Shown here in pieces: positions 40,620-51,813 of a DNA stretch of 64,000 bases. Each line of letters starts with the position of its first letter. Positions within the stretch are counted from its first letter, which is position 1. A program made the position numbers and the translations under genes. Under the pieces are notes generated by a model. It saw nothing but the letters and a program-made list of their open reading frames with translations. It was not told the DNA's origin and searched no databases. The DNA is taken from contig JAUCBJ010008856.1 in NCBI GenBank assembly GCA_032718475.1, positions 1 through 64,000 of the forward strand, written 5' to 3'. The DNA comes from Nemertoderma westbladi. Taxonomy: Eukaryota > Animalia > Xenacoelomorpha.

Positions 40620-41201
40620 TGTTCGCGCTTTTAGACCTTAGGCAGTTTAACCCGCCTAATTTAGGTGTCTTTTAGTTTGTAAATCGACTTTAGCCTACGA
40701 CGAGTATTTGATACACTACATTAGCCGAAGCCAGCCTATGCGCGATCATTCACCCGCTGGATATACCCGGGAGACTGGATTCGGGGGCTCTGACCTTATT
40801 GCGGTGTAGGCCTACTGTATTATTCGATTGATCGTTAATATATAATCTCTGACAATATTATTCACTTTCGGGAAATATTAACAGTTCCTTTAGGACGTGG
40901 CGCTCTAAATATATAAACAGAGCTATGACTTACACTAAACACAACGGGATGGCTTATGATTCACGTATAAGGCGCATTCTTTAGGAGATGCTTTGTTATC
41001 TGTCCCAATCATGCACACTACTGGTACCGCACAATACTGCACACTGATCTGCCGACCTTTACTAATTTTAGTCACATATAAAGAGAATAGTAATTGACCC
41101 ATGTAGTGCCTATGAAATAGCATTAGATTCACTCCAAAACCAATATCATATAAGTCGCAATTGCTATATGTAACCGGTCTCTTACCTTCAGTATATCAAG
41201 A
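40620..41201 (-). repeat. 5' LTR of element A, U5-side part
   Basis: Matches 28913-~29493; split by element B. Confidence 0.9.
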
Positions 41202-42435
41202 TGTAAAAGCTTCTGTGGGATATAACTGGCCCCTTTTGCTTCGCAATCCAGTTTCCCCCCAGGCGCTGGAATACTCTAAAAAGGTTCTCTAACTGTATAT
41301 ATATTCCCCTCGCCCGCAAGGTACCGTTACAGGTGTTTTAACGGACATAAAAGTCATTCTGCTATATACGTGTTTTGGCGGACATGGTAAGGCAAAAAAC
41401 CTGTAATGCACCAACTACCTTTCACAGCTTAGCCATGATGATTCATATTACGACATCTAACAGCTGGTTGCTGACATGGAAACAGCCATTGGACGCATGG
41501 TTCTTTGTTTGGCTTGAGCCAATCAGAGCGATTTTTCCTGTCGACGTGTAGCTTTTCAGCCGATCATAAGGAGAGTGTTCTGTCTTACTGCTTTTACTTG
41601 ATACTTTGTTGTTATTGCTGTCTAAGCCAGAAACACCGGCTTTTTGGTAAGAACTCTAGTAAACTGCTTAGATTATAGAAAGTATAACTGTTACCGGCGG
41701 TGTTACCTCACTTAATTTAACTGCACTAATCATATTGTTTGTACTGCTATTTACCGTCAGTTATTAATTGTATCTATTTGTTGATGGAAATATTGCTCTT
41801 TGGAGAACACGGATAAATCACCCAAAATTCCCAATTTTCTTGATACACTACAGGTTAGAGAGGCGGGCTATATATAACAATTGCGTTTTATATCAATGTG
41901 GTGTGTATTGAATCTAATGTTATTTAGTAGACACTACCTGAGTCAATTGCTGTTCTCTTTATGTGTGATCAAATATACTGACGGTCGGCAGAATAGTGTG
42001 CATGATTGTGAGTGTGATGTGACTGGTAACAAAGCATTTCCTAAAGAATGCGACTTATACTTTAATCATAAGCCTTATCGTTGCGTTTAGTATAAGTCCT
42101 AGCTCTGTTTAAATAGATAGAGCGCCACGTCCTAAAGGAACTGTTAATATTTCCCGAAAGTTAATAATATCTGTCAGAAATTGCATATTAGCGATCAATC
42201 GAATAATACAGTAGGCTTACACTGCAACCTTACACTGCAATAATAAAATCTAAGCATCCGAATTCAGCCTCCCGGGTGTAGATCCATCGGGTGAATGATC
42301 GCGCATGGGCTGGCTTCGGCTAATGTTTTGTTTATTAGCATAAAATATTGTCGTATGCTAAAGGTGTGTTAATTAACTAAAAGACATATAAATTTTGGCA
42401 GGTTAAACTGCTAAAGGTCTTCAAAAGCGCGAACA
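41202..42435 (+). repeat. 5' LTR of element B
   Basis: TGTAAAAGC...CGCGAACA, repeated at 51814-53047. Confidence 0.95.
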
Positions 42436-42446
42436 GTAACAGTTAT
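42436..42446 (+). other. Non-tRNA sequence at the primer-binding position of element B (GTAACAGTTAT)
   Basis: Directly follows the LTR, has no TGG, and is the exact reverse complement of 41684-41694. Priming function is inferred. Confidence 0.55.
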
Positions 42447-44713
42447 TATCTTATTGCAGTAGGCAATAAGGTTGCAAGTGTAGGCATTAAATACAGTTTA
42501 ATACTGTTCTGTCGAACAGTAACAGTTATAATCTTATTGCAGTAGGCAATAGGGTTGCAAAATACCGTAGTGACTGGTAAAACTGAACCGGTGCTTCTGT
42601 AGGTCAGTAGGCCTAACTGTCATCACCGGTACCGGTACTGCTGTACAAGTACATTTAGTATTATTTCGATTGTGATCTATTGTATATTGTAGGCTGCCAG
42701 GGGAATAGGGATTGATCACCCCTCATTCTTTTGTATAGTTTACTTATTTCTGTCGGTTTTATTTACTAGTAGGCTAATATTGAGCAGAAGGCGTGTGACC
42801 CTGCTCAGATTGTTCAGATAATTGTAGGCTGAGCTGCTGTCTGACTGTTGTTGAGTTTGGAGAGATTACGGTGTGTGTAGAGTTGGTCTGATAAAGTGCC
42901 GTTAGTAAGTTGGGGCAGCCATATGCTGAAGGTCAATCCCCTCTTAAAGAATAAGTCGTACTACCGTGTTAGAACGCATACTAACTAACAGTTTCAGAAT
43001 CTGCATATACTGTAGTTTATTTAGGCTTGATCGTAGTCTGCCAGTGTTTTAGCCTGTGTTTGTTTGTGTGGTCTGTTCAGGTACCGTAATAGTTATTACT
43101 CAGATATTTTGTAGGCTGGATTGTTGTCTAGCTATTATTAGGTCTGAAGAGATTGCTGCGTGTGTAGAGTTTGTCTGATAAAGCTCCGTTAGTAAGTTGG
43201 GGCAGCCATAGCGGTAAGGTCAATCCCCTCTTAAAGAATAAGTCGTACTACCGTGTTAGAACGCATACTAACTAACTATTTCAGAATCTACACGTACGGT
43301 AGTTTATTTAGGCTTGGTGGTAGTCTGCCAGCGTTTTGGTTTGTATTTGTTTGAGTATTCTGTACGGGTAGCGTAATATTTATTATTCAGAGTTTATGCG
43401 ATTATTCGCAACATTCATGTCCCCAAGTTTATTCCTACAGTAATTGTGCTTGTTATACATACCGTTATAGTTAAACTAACCCCGGTACTACATCAGGGCT
43501 GCTTGGCGTAGGTAAAGACTGACGACTTTGTGCTTCGGTCACTCCAGCAGATGCCGTGGTTCTTTTAACTGTTCAAGTATATTTAACTACTGATTATTTG
43601 TTATACCGGTACTTGTACCTAATTTAGGGATTAGTGTACTGTGCTTTCCGAAGTAATTAGTGTAGGCAGTATATTTGTGTTGTAAAGTGGTTGATAGGCA
43701 CATTCGTTAGCTCTATTAGCTTCTGGGTAGGAACAATCCGTGATACATAACGTAGTACCTATAGCGATACGGTTATAGGTCGTCAGGCGGTGGTATTTTC
43801 TTATCTGGACAGTACAATATATTTACTACTACTTATTATTTAAATACCGTAGTACCCTGTCCTTTGTAATAAACCAGAAATCTAACCCTTTGTTGGACTG
43901 GTTTGTAGACTTCCTGTAAAATTACCCCAAAAAAATTTTGTACGTAATATTTTGTTGTGTTTAATTAGAGAATTAATCTCACCCGTATCGTAAGTAATTC
44001 GTAGTATTAAGTAACTTAGGTAAATTAGAATTATCAGTTTTAGTGTCAAATAAATAGCACTTCACTGAGAGCATTCAGCTTCTGTGTAGTGACCCCCAGA
44101 AATAATAACATTTATTTCAAATATTGTCAAAACCCCTTTTAAACGGGTATATATCTATTATAAATCAACTCAAACGATTTATAAATAGTAGGCCTGCCAT
44201 ACAACAACTAGGTCTCACTGTCAGTTGGACTACTGCTTAAATAACGGTAATAAAGTAAGTTAAAGTAACTAAGTAACCCCAAAATATTCAGGAACTCAAT
44301 TATTATAAAAATAATTGACATACCGGTACTTACCATAGGCTTATTATATTTATTTCTATAAATTTGAGCTGAAATCATACCGGTACTCTGTAATTAATTT
44401 TAGTTCATAGTTATACTTTATATATATTATAAGTGTAAGCTGTATACCGGTATCCACGATAGGCCTATTATATATTTATATATTTATATATATATTTGTG
44501 CTAAATTTATACACCGGTACTCTGTGGCAAATCTAGTCTGTAATAATACTTATATATACTATAAGCATACCGGTATTCTGATATAATATATATATATCCC
44601 GCTATATTAAGTAGCAGTATCGGTAATTAATTATTAGGCTAGCAGTGATACTGAATTACTAGACTTGCTTTAACTGTATTTATAGCCGTAGGCATTCAAC
44701 TGTGTAAACAAAC

Positions 44714-47700
44714 ATGTCGGACACAACCCAATCACTGTCGGATAGTCTTTTGGAAAGTGTTAGAATGACTGTTAGACAGTGTCTTAAAAAGATCAGTGAC
44801 CCAGATCCCAGTATAGAACATCCTAGATCCAAGTCTAAGTCACCTCCTGCTGTAAGAAAGGCCATCCCTACCGTAGTAGTGTCAGACCCTAGACTAGTAG
44901 AACACCGTAGGTCTATCATCGGAACTCGGGCCCAAGTCAAGCGGGATCAAGAAGCAGCTATCAAACAGCAGCAACCTCCTAGCCCAGAACCTAGTTCTCA
45001 GCGGCCCGATGGCTCCAGTAGTTCGGATACTGCTGAGCGGAGACCCGAACACGGAGCGAAGATGGCGGATACGGTTTATGATGAGCGACCAACCTTTGAA
45101 GAATCAACCGACGCTGCTTCTCCTCAAGTGGAAAGCGAAGTGGAAAGCGAAGTGGAAAGCGAAGTGGAAAGCGAATTAACAGCAGCAGAGAAGCCGCGAA
45201 CTAGAGATGCCATTGACATCTATCTGTCAGACTATCAGCGATTCATAGGAGACGAAGAGTTGAGGAGACGACTGTCTGGACTTCGCCCTAATAGTGAAGG
45301 AACCAAGCTTGTGTTGGACGCACTCGATGCCGAAATGTTAACTGCAAACCAAGCTGAATGTGATGAAAAACTCCGCCTCACTAGAGTCCGAGAAGAACAA
45401 GTAAAGAAAGAACTGATAGAGACAAGAAGGGTAGCAGCAGCAGAAGCAGCGGAAGCAGAAGCAGAAAGAAAGGCAAAAGCGGCGGAAGCAGAAGCCAAAA
45501 GAAAGGCAAAGGTGGCAGAAGCACAGCGGAGAGCTTCTGAGGAGACTATTCGATTAGAGTTGGAAAATCTGCAAGAGACACAAGACAGTATAAATAAACA
45601 GTTTACTGCTAATCAAATGCAGATGATGAGAAAATCTACTCCCAGACGTCAGGGATACACATCCTCGGAGGAAGGCGATACTACCGATCCTGAAGGCGGA
45701 GGAAATAGATCTCATCTAAGTAGGCGTAGAAAAACATATTACCGTCGCAAATTGCCTGATTTGCCCCCAGCTGTTAAAAGACAGCTAACTAGCACAGACT
45801 TAGGTAGTGCAGAACCCATAGAACAATTTATCCAGGTCAAAAGACTCCCTACTATAGTCGATGAACCTGAAATAATTAGGCCTGTTGTTCCCAAAGTCAC
45901 TTCTGTGCTAGAGACCCCTACACTTCCAGAGCTTAACTCTAAATTCCCTTTACATAGTACTACACTGCCTGTACCCGGTGGAACAGTCCATGCAAATACC
46001 CCTGTCCAGATAGCAGAGAGAGAAATCAATAATTTGTCTCCCGTCGTCCCGCGTCAGCCCGCTACTATGTTGGCGACTCCCGCTTCGGCGGTTGAGTGGG
46101 TGGAAGAGGGACGGCGGGGGATGAATCTCCTGCTAGGACAGATGCAGGAGACTGTCCACCAACTTAAGGGAACAGTGAGGGAAGGTAGAGCAGAGTTGCA
46201 AGAAGTGCAGCAAAGTATCGCGCTAGAACGCGACAAATTAGTCAATATACAAAAAGGCATACCAATGCCCCCTGTAACGTTGTGTCAACCCGTTAGGTCT
46301 GAAATATTACATGCGCAAGGTGTGGAGCCTACACGCATCTATACTGCTAGTGAAGTTGAAACTCCTATAGCAAACCCTATTAAGGGTGATTATAGACCTG
46401 TTATTAATGATATTCCCTATAGACCAGATAATGATCCGAGAAATTTATATACCGATAATTCGATATTAAATAACACGATGGCCCAAGAAAGCTTTACGCG
46501 TCAGATGGCTAGAACAGAAGCCCGCCAAGCGGTCAAAGTGGGAGAGATCGTCAAATTCAATGGAGATGAGATGAAATGGTTACCTTTCAACGAATATTAC
46601 AAAGATAGCATACAGAACTCTGTACTATCTAACGGAGAGAAACTTAGATTCCTCATCAAGTGCTTGGAAGGACCTCCCAAGTTAATGGCGTTAAAGTTTA
46701 TTGGACATCCAGATGGATTAAGACAAGTTTGGGATACATTAAACATCAGGTATGGTAACAAGGATAACATAGCTAAGTATTTGTATGCAAAATTAGTAGC
46801 CCCCCGACACTTCCTTAGTAGCGGGATTATAGAGTTTTCCGATGAAATTCAAGAGATCTGTAGACAACTGGACTGGTTAGGTAAGTCGCATGAATATCAG
46901 AGTTCCATGGTCATTGGAGCCGTAGTCTCTACTTTACCAAAGGGTGGAGTATGTACGCGCTGGGACAAGAAAGTGTTGTACATGAATGAACAACAACGAC
47001 GAAGTCCTACCATGGCTGATCTCATGTCCTTCTTAGATAGTGAAGTAAAATTACAACTCATAAGGCAGTCCAGAGAGAAAACATCGGAAAATAAGGTAAG
47101 TGAGAAACCTGTTTCTAGGAGAAGGATAATACCAGTGTGCTACACTGACGACGGCGAAAGCCAAGCTTCTCAAGAAGAGGACAGCGGGAAAGACACCGAA
47201 CGATCTTACTATGACAACAAGACCTATAAAGACGTAAGTAAATACAAGTCTCGAACCAGTGACAGGAGAGAACAGGTAACAACAACTCCTCCTACGTCTC
47301 CTAAGAGAATTCACGGAAGAAAGCCCGAAGAAAGAACGAGAGTGCAGAACGTTAACCAAGTTAAGGTGAGTAACATCAAACCAAAATGTGCGCTGTGCGA
47401 CGGGCCCCACCGTTTGAGTGCGTGTGTAGAATTCCTAAAGAAATCCCTGGCAGATAGACGTGGAGTCCTGTGGGATAAGCGGTTATGTTATAACTGTCTC
47501 AGACGCGGACACCAGCGGCGAACCTGTTACTCTGACGCAAGGTGTGCTAAGTGCGGCGCGAAACATCATAGCTTGTTGCACACGGAATTCGAACGAAACA
47601 GCCCGAGTCAGGTAAGTGAGCCCAAATCACATGTCCAATTCAGTGATGTGAACGACACTGACCAAAGTTCTGAGTGGGAAGGATTCTATACGGACGAATT

Positions 47701-48820
47701 CTCCGACGCCAACGAATCCTGTTATCTAATAAATACCACAGTGTATCGAGCACTTACGGATGAAAAGGACATCAACGATGAGTTTCCCCCAACTACTTTC
47801 GCCAAACAACCATCTTGGAAAGCTCCAGCTTCCAACGTAGGAATCAGAGAATTTCCTGTAGTTCAAGTAAGAGTTCACGGTCTTAACAAAAGCTACATAG
47901 TGAACGCACTCCTTGACTCCGGCAGCACAGGAACATTCATCGATCAAGAACTAGCCGAAGACATCTTTGCTGGACAACCCAAATTCCGAACTAAGTTAAA
48001 TATGTCAGGAGTTATACAGGTTTGGAAATCTACCATAACGGCAGATTACTATGTAGGTGCGTTGTCCACCCCACAGGATAAATTAGGAGAACAAAGTATA
48101 AGGTCAGTAAAAATGGTAGCTATAAAGAACTTCGCTAATACCCAAGTAGAGCCTTATAACTGGAACGAGGACAAGAGCATCCAACAACTTAAAATACCTC
48201 GATTCCAGACGGATTATCCTGGAGTGCAAATACTTATCGGCCAAAACGCGCACGAGGCGCTCGAGACATTGGAAAAACGACCTGCTCAACCGCAGCCACT
48301 ACAAACCTATGCGGTAAGAACTAGAGTAGGTTGGTACTTTACTGGCCCTTCCCGCAGAACTCTCGAAGAGAGACTACCATCAGAAAGACTATACCAGATA
48401 AATGGTTTGGAAGTGGAGAGCAGTGAAGTGGACGAACTAACTGAGGGAACACCATACTCCTCAGATAATGACGATATTAACTCCAATGAAGATCAATGGA
48501 GACATCGCCCCGAGATGATTAATCTAGCCGACATCGCTTCCAGAGGAGCGACTCCTCAAGAACGGATAGATACTCCCGGCTGGTTAGGTGGACCCGACTC
48601 CCTAAGTAAAGAAGAAGATGAATGGCCTCCTCATCTTACCACGGCGGAGAGTAGACAGGCCAAGGGAGCGGAGAAAGTAACACGACAACCCAATCACCCA
48701 GCTGGTCGTTTATGTTTACTGGAAAGAGACCAAAAACTGTCCGGAAACTATGGAAGGCAAGATACTCTTCCTACGACCACTTCCCTAATCCGACAAATAT
48801 CTAGGGACTCCATAACATAA
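44714..48820 (+). CDS. BEL/Pao Gag-aspartic protease polyprotein with short RNase H and integrase C-terminal remnants (no RT)
   Basis: 1368-aa open frame. DUF1759-like KFNGDEMKWLPF...EKLRFL. Three Cys/His knuckles (CALCDGPHRLSAC, CYNCLRRGHQRRTC, CAKCGAKHHSLLH). Protease ALLDSGS. Then QWRH..INLADIASRG..WLGGPDSL..WP and HPAGRLCLLE. No YxDD RT core. Confidence 0.92.
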   Translation: MSDTTQSLSDSLLESVRMTVRQCLKKISDPDPSIEHPRSKSKSPPAVRKAIPTVVVSDPRLVEHRRSIIGTRAQVKRDQEAAIKQQQPPSPEPSSQRPDGSSSSDTAERRPEHGAKMADTVYDERPTFEESTDAASPQVESEVESEVESEVESELTAAEKPRTRDAIDIYLSDYQRFIGDEELRRRLSGLRPNSEGTKLVLDALDAEMLTANQAECDEKLRLTRVREEQVKKELIETRRVAAAEAAEAEAERKAKAAEAEAKRKAKVAEAQRRASEETIRLELENLQETQDSINKQFTANQMQMMRKSTPRRQGYTSSEEGDTTDPEGGGNRSHLSRRRKTYYRRKLPDLPPAVKRQLTSTDLGSAEPIEQFIQVKRLPTIVDEPEIIRPVVPKVTSVLETPTLPELNSKFPLHSTTLPVPGGTVHANTPVQIAEREINNLSPVVPRQPATMLATPASAVEWVEEGRRGMNLLLGQMQETVHQLKGTVREGRAELQEVQQSIALERDKLVNIQKGIPMPPVTLCQPVRSEILHAQGVEPTRIYTASEVETPIANPIKGDYRPVINDIPYRPDNDPRNLYTDNSILNNTMAQESFTRQMARTEARQAVKVGEIVKFNGDEMKWLPFNEYYKDSIQNSVLSNGEKLRFLIKCLEGPPKLMALKFIGHPDGLRQVWDTLNIRYGNKDNIAKYLYAKLVAPRHFLSSGIIEFSDEIQEICRQLDWLGKSHEYQSSMVIGAVVSTLPKGGVCTRWDKKVLYMNEQQRRSPTMADLMSFLDSEVKLQLIRQSREKTSENKVSEKPVSRRRIIPVCYTDDGESQASQEEDSGKDTERSYYDNKTYKDVSKYKSRTSDRREQVTTTPPTSPKRIHGRKPEERTRVQNVNQVKVSNIKPKCALCDGPHRLSACVEFLKKSLADRRGVLWDKRLCYNCLRRGHQRRTCYSDARCAKCGAKHHSLLHTEFERNSPSQVSEPKSHVQFSDVNDTDQSSEWEGFYTDEFSDANESCYLINTTVYRALTDEKDINDEFPPTTFAKQPSWKAPASNVGIREFPVVQVRVHGLNKSYIVNALLDSGSTGTFIDQELAEDIFAGQPKFRTKLNMSGVIQVWKSTITADYYVGALSTPQDKLGEQSIRSVKMVAIKNFANTQVEPYNWNEDKSIQQLKIPRFQTDYPGVQILIGQNAHEALETLEKRPAQPQPLQTYAVRTRVGWYFTGPSRRTLEERLPSERLYQINGLEVESSEVDELTEGTPYSSDNDDINSNEDQWRHRPEMINLADIASRGATPQERIDTPGWLGGPDSLSKEEDEWPPHLTTAESRQAKGAEKVTRQPNHPAGRLCLLERDQKLSGNYGRQDTLPTTTSLIRQISRDSIT

Positions 48821-50445
48821 TAACATATGGAGTGGGTGTGTGACTATATCATTTTATATTTGTTTTTATTTTATATTTATGTATGTATTATTATGTAATA
48901 TTATTATAATCGTTTTCTTTAATTTTATTTGGTAGAATGTTATTTTAGGGATTATTTAGTAGATTAGTGCAATATATTAGTGTTTATTACGTACGTAATT
49001 ATTTATAATATATATTTAGTGCGACGGCGAGAAATAATTATTTTTTCTCTTTCCTTACTGTCCGTATCATATTATAAATACGTGACTACAGTAAGATGAA
49101 ATGTCCGTACTTATTAAAGTACAATAAAGCCACTACTATATTTAAGTATTATTGGTAGGCAGAGTATTAGGAATGCAAAGTTCAGATCCTCGTGTCTCGG
49201 CTAAACCAAGCTCTGGGTAGACCTTGGAAACGACTTGCCTCTTCACACTGACATTGCTTCGTGCGATATTGCTCTTCTACCTTATATTAAATAATATATA
49301 TAGTAGCGTGATGTCCCTTTAACAGTAGCGTATAACGCAAAATAAATCTGTTAAACCCTTTGACCACCTGTAATTCTAGTCGATTAAGATATCGCGGCAC
49401 CCACCGATATACTTGAAAGACAAATTCTAGAATCAGTGGTTAATGTCCCCAGACAAGTTCTGGAATAAATCGGTGCCCATCCTAAATATTAATTTAATAT
49501 TTATTAAAATCTGTAAAATCCCGATCCTTTAAAATTTCTAGTCAATTAAGATATCGCAGTATTTACCGATATTCTTAGAAGGACTATTTTATAGAATTAA
49601 GGATCCTAAGTCCCCAGATATGCTCTGGAATAAAATTTGTGTCAATTTAACATCAAATAATAAAATTCACGGGAATAAATTTAAATTCATATTCAAATGA
49701 ATTTCATAAATTGTCATTTTGTGCAATTTATAACATTCCCAAAATTCCAGTAATTAATAGATCATGGGAGCGGAGATTCATATTGAGTGTATTAGAGTGT
49801 GAGAATCTCCAACATATAGTCAATAGCCGATAAAATTTATAAAATCATGCATAAAGAGGATATTGACAATTAAAGAATTACTATTAAATAACATCCCAGA
49901 TCTGTATGCATGAGAATTACCCTAATTCTACCGCTAGTTTTCCATAATGTCACCATGGCAACACCCACGCTGGAATTAGAAGCAAGTTAAAGGAACAATA
50001 AAGGCTTGCCCCATTGCGTAGCATAAGAGAATACATAGCGCACTATTAGTATCCAAGGATACATAGTAATAACGTGACATTCTGGAAGACAATGACTAAC
50101 GGACAAAATGGCTTGCATGTGTGCAGTAAGTAATGATTGTATGGAATTTGTGCGTTTATAGGTGAATGATACTACTAAAGTGTGTTTACAGTAGCTAATC
50201 GCAATTGTAAAGTAGCCTAACTCTACCGAGATAACCTCAAGTGGATTCAAGCCTTTGGGACGGACAGTGGTGGGACTTGTGTCGATTATCGTTGTCGTGC
50301 TGTTGCTACATGTTGGCGCAAACACCGCGACAACGGTACATCGGCGCTGAGAAACCCACTGTCCGGGGTCAAAGACTAGTAGGCAGCGACGCCCGCTTGC
50401 CTAAATATTGACTCATACTAATATTAATAAACTCAGATAGCAGAT

Positions 50446-51735
50446 ATGACGGAATTAATAGAAGATGACCTTGGTATTAGAGAGCGATATACTCTACCTT
50501 TACAAGCGTTTGTGGATAGCTTGATACGCGGTGAAGCCGATCCGACTATTACGGAGGACGATGGTCGTTATATCGAACCGCCGATGTCCCAAGAGCAACT
50601 TACGCGTGAATTGGACTATCGAAAATTAACCGCTCGCTATACGCATCGTAATGGTACGTGTATGGACTTCTTAACTACCGGCCATCCTATCGATTTACAT
50701 GATACGGACGATGTAGACACCCTAAAGGGAAATGGTTCTATTTAAATATCATACCCAGCGGAGTCGTAACGATAAACCGAGAATAGATCACGAAAATTAT
50801 ATTCGTAACAGACTGTGAAGACGAACCAATATGCCTAGAATCTGAGGAGATTCAGCCTATCGCGCTCGGAACAGCGACAACGATTACATCCTAGAATGGT
50901 ATCAAGGTCCACAGTGTCTCACTGCGTACGATTATCGCCATGCCAACTATGTTTCTCGGCAACGTTGTCGGTTATGCGCATCGAGAGACCATGTTACGCC
51001 CATGGACACAAACGTCCGCTGTTCCTATTTCCACGAACAACCGGCGATGGAAATTTATTGAGCGTATTGCAGATTTAATAATTTGCATATTTTTGCGGTT
51101 TGCCCTCAATTTATGACTCAATGTCACCACTGTCCACTAAAGGGACACGCCAGTTTCGATTGCCCTTTTAATCGCGATTTGGAAAGCGTAGATGAAATGA
51201 TCACACTACGTTACATTAGAGCTTGGGAAGCGAACGCTGATTTACATCGTGATTCGCGCCATCGCTATTATCCTGGACGCGCTTACGAAGGAATTTATGC
51301 GTTCCATCCTTATCTATTCGCTTCTGTCGAACAGAAATCACGCATATCGAGTTACAGGAAGTATATCGACGGCCTTACGAGTACCGAGCCCGCGAACGCG
51401 AGTTGGAAAGAACCATTAAACCAAGGAAGTTTCTAACTGCCTATGGTCCACCCACGGCCCTCGTTCAGACCACTCGTAAAGGACCCGTAAGAGCGGCTGT
51501 CTTGAAACGAGCTCTCAAAGCCGTTAGACCCCTCTCCCCCGACGTTGATGTCAATCAACTCGGCACTTCGACTGGCGGATACACCGACCATAATCCTATA
51601 CCCTCTGATGCAATCATGTTGCACCCTTCACCCAGGAGTTATAGCCCTCCTTGTAAAGTGGCTCGCCCCAAAGAGAAAAAGACTCTGGCTAGCTTTAAAA
51701 AACTGCGTAAACGCCGTCCGCGCATGAAAGACTAA
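50446..51735 (+). pseudogene. Frameshifted accessory ORF of element B with a CCHC knuckle and basic tail
   Basis: Fragments 50446-50745, 50896-51078, 51083-51436 (CHHCPLKGHASFDC) and 51403-51735 (KKLRKRRPRMKD*). Ends are homologous to element A. Confidence 0.6.
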
Positions 51736-51813
51736 CTGTTTAGAGTATTTTCGTATTTGAGAAACTGTGATTTTGTATATTTTATAGACTTAAATCCCAT
51801 TTTCTGGGAGCGG

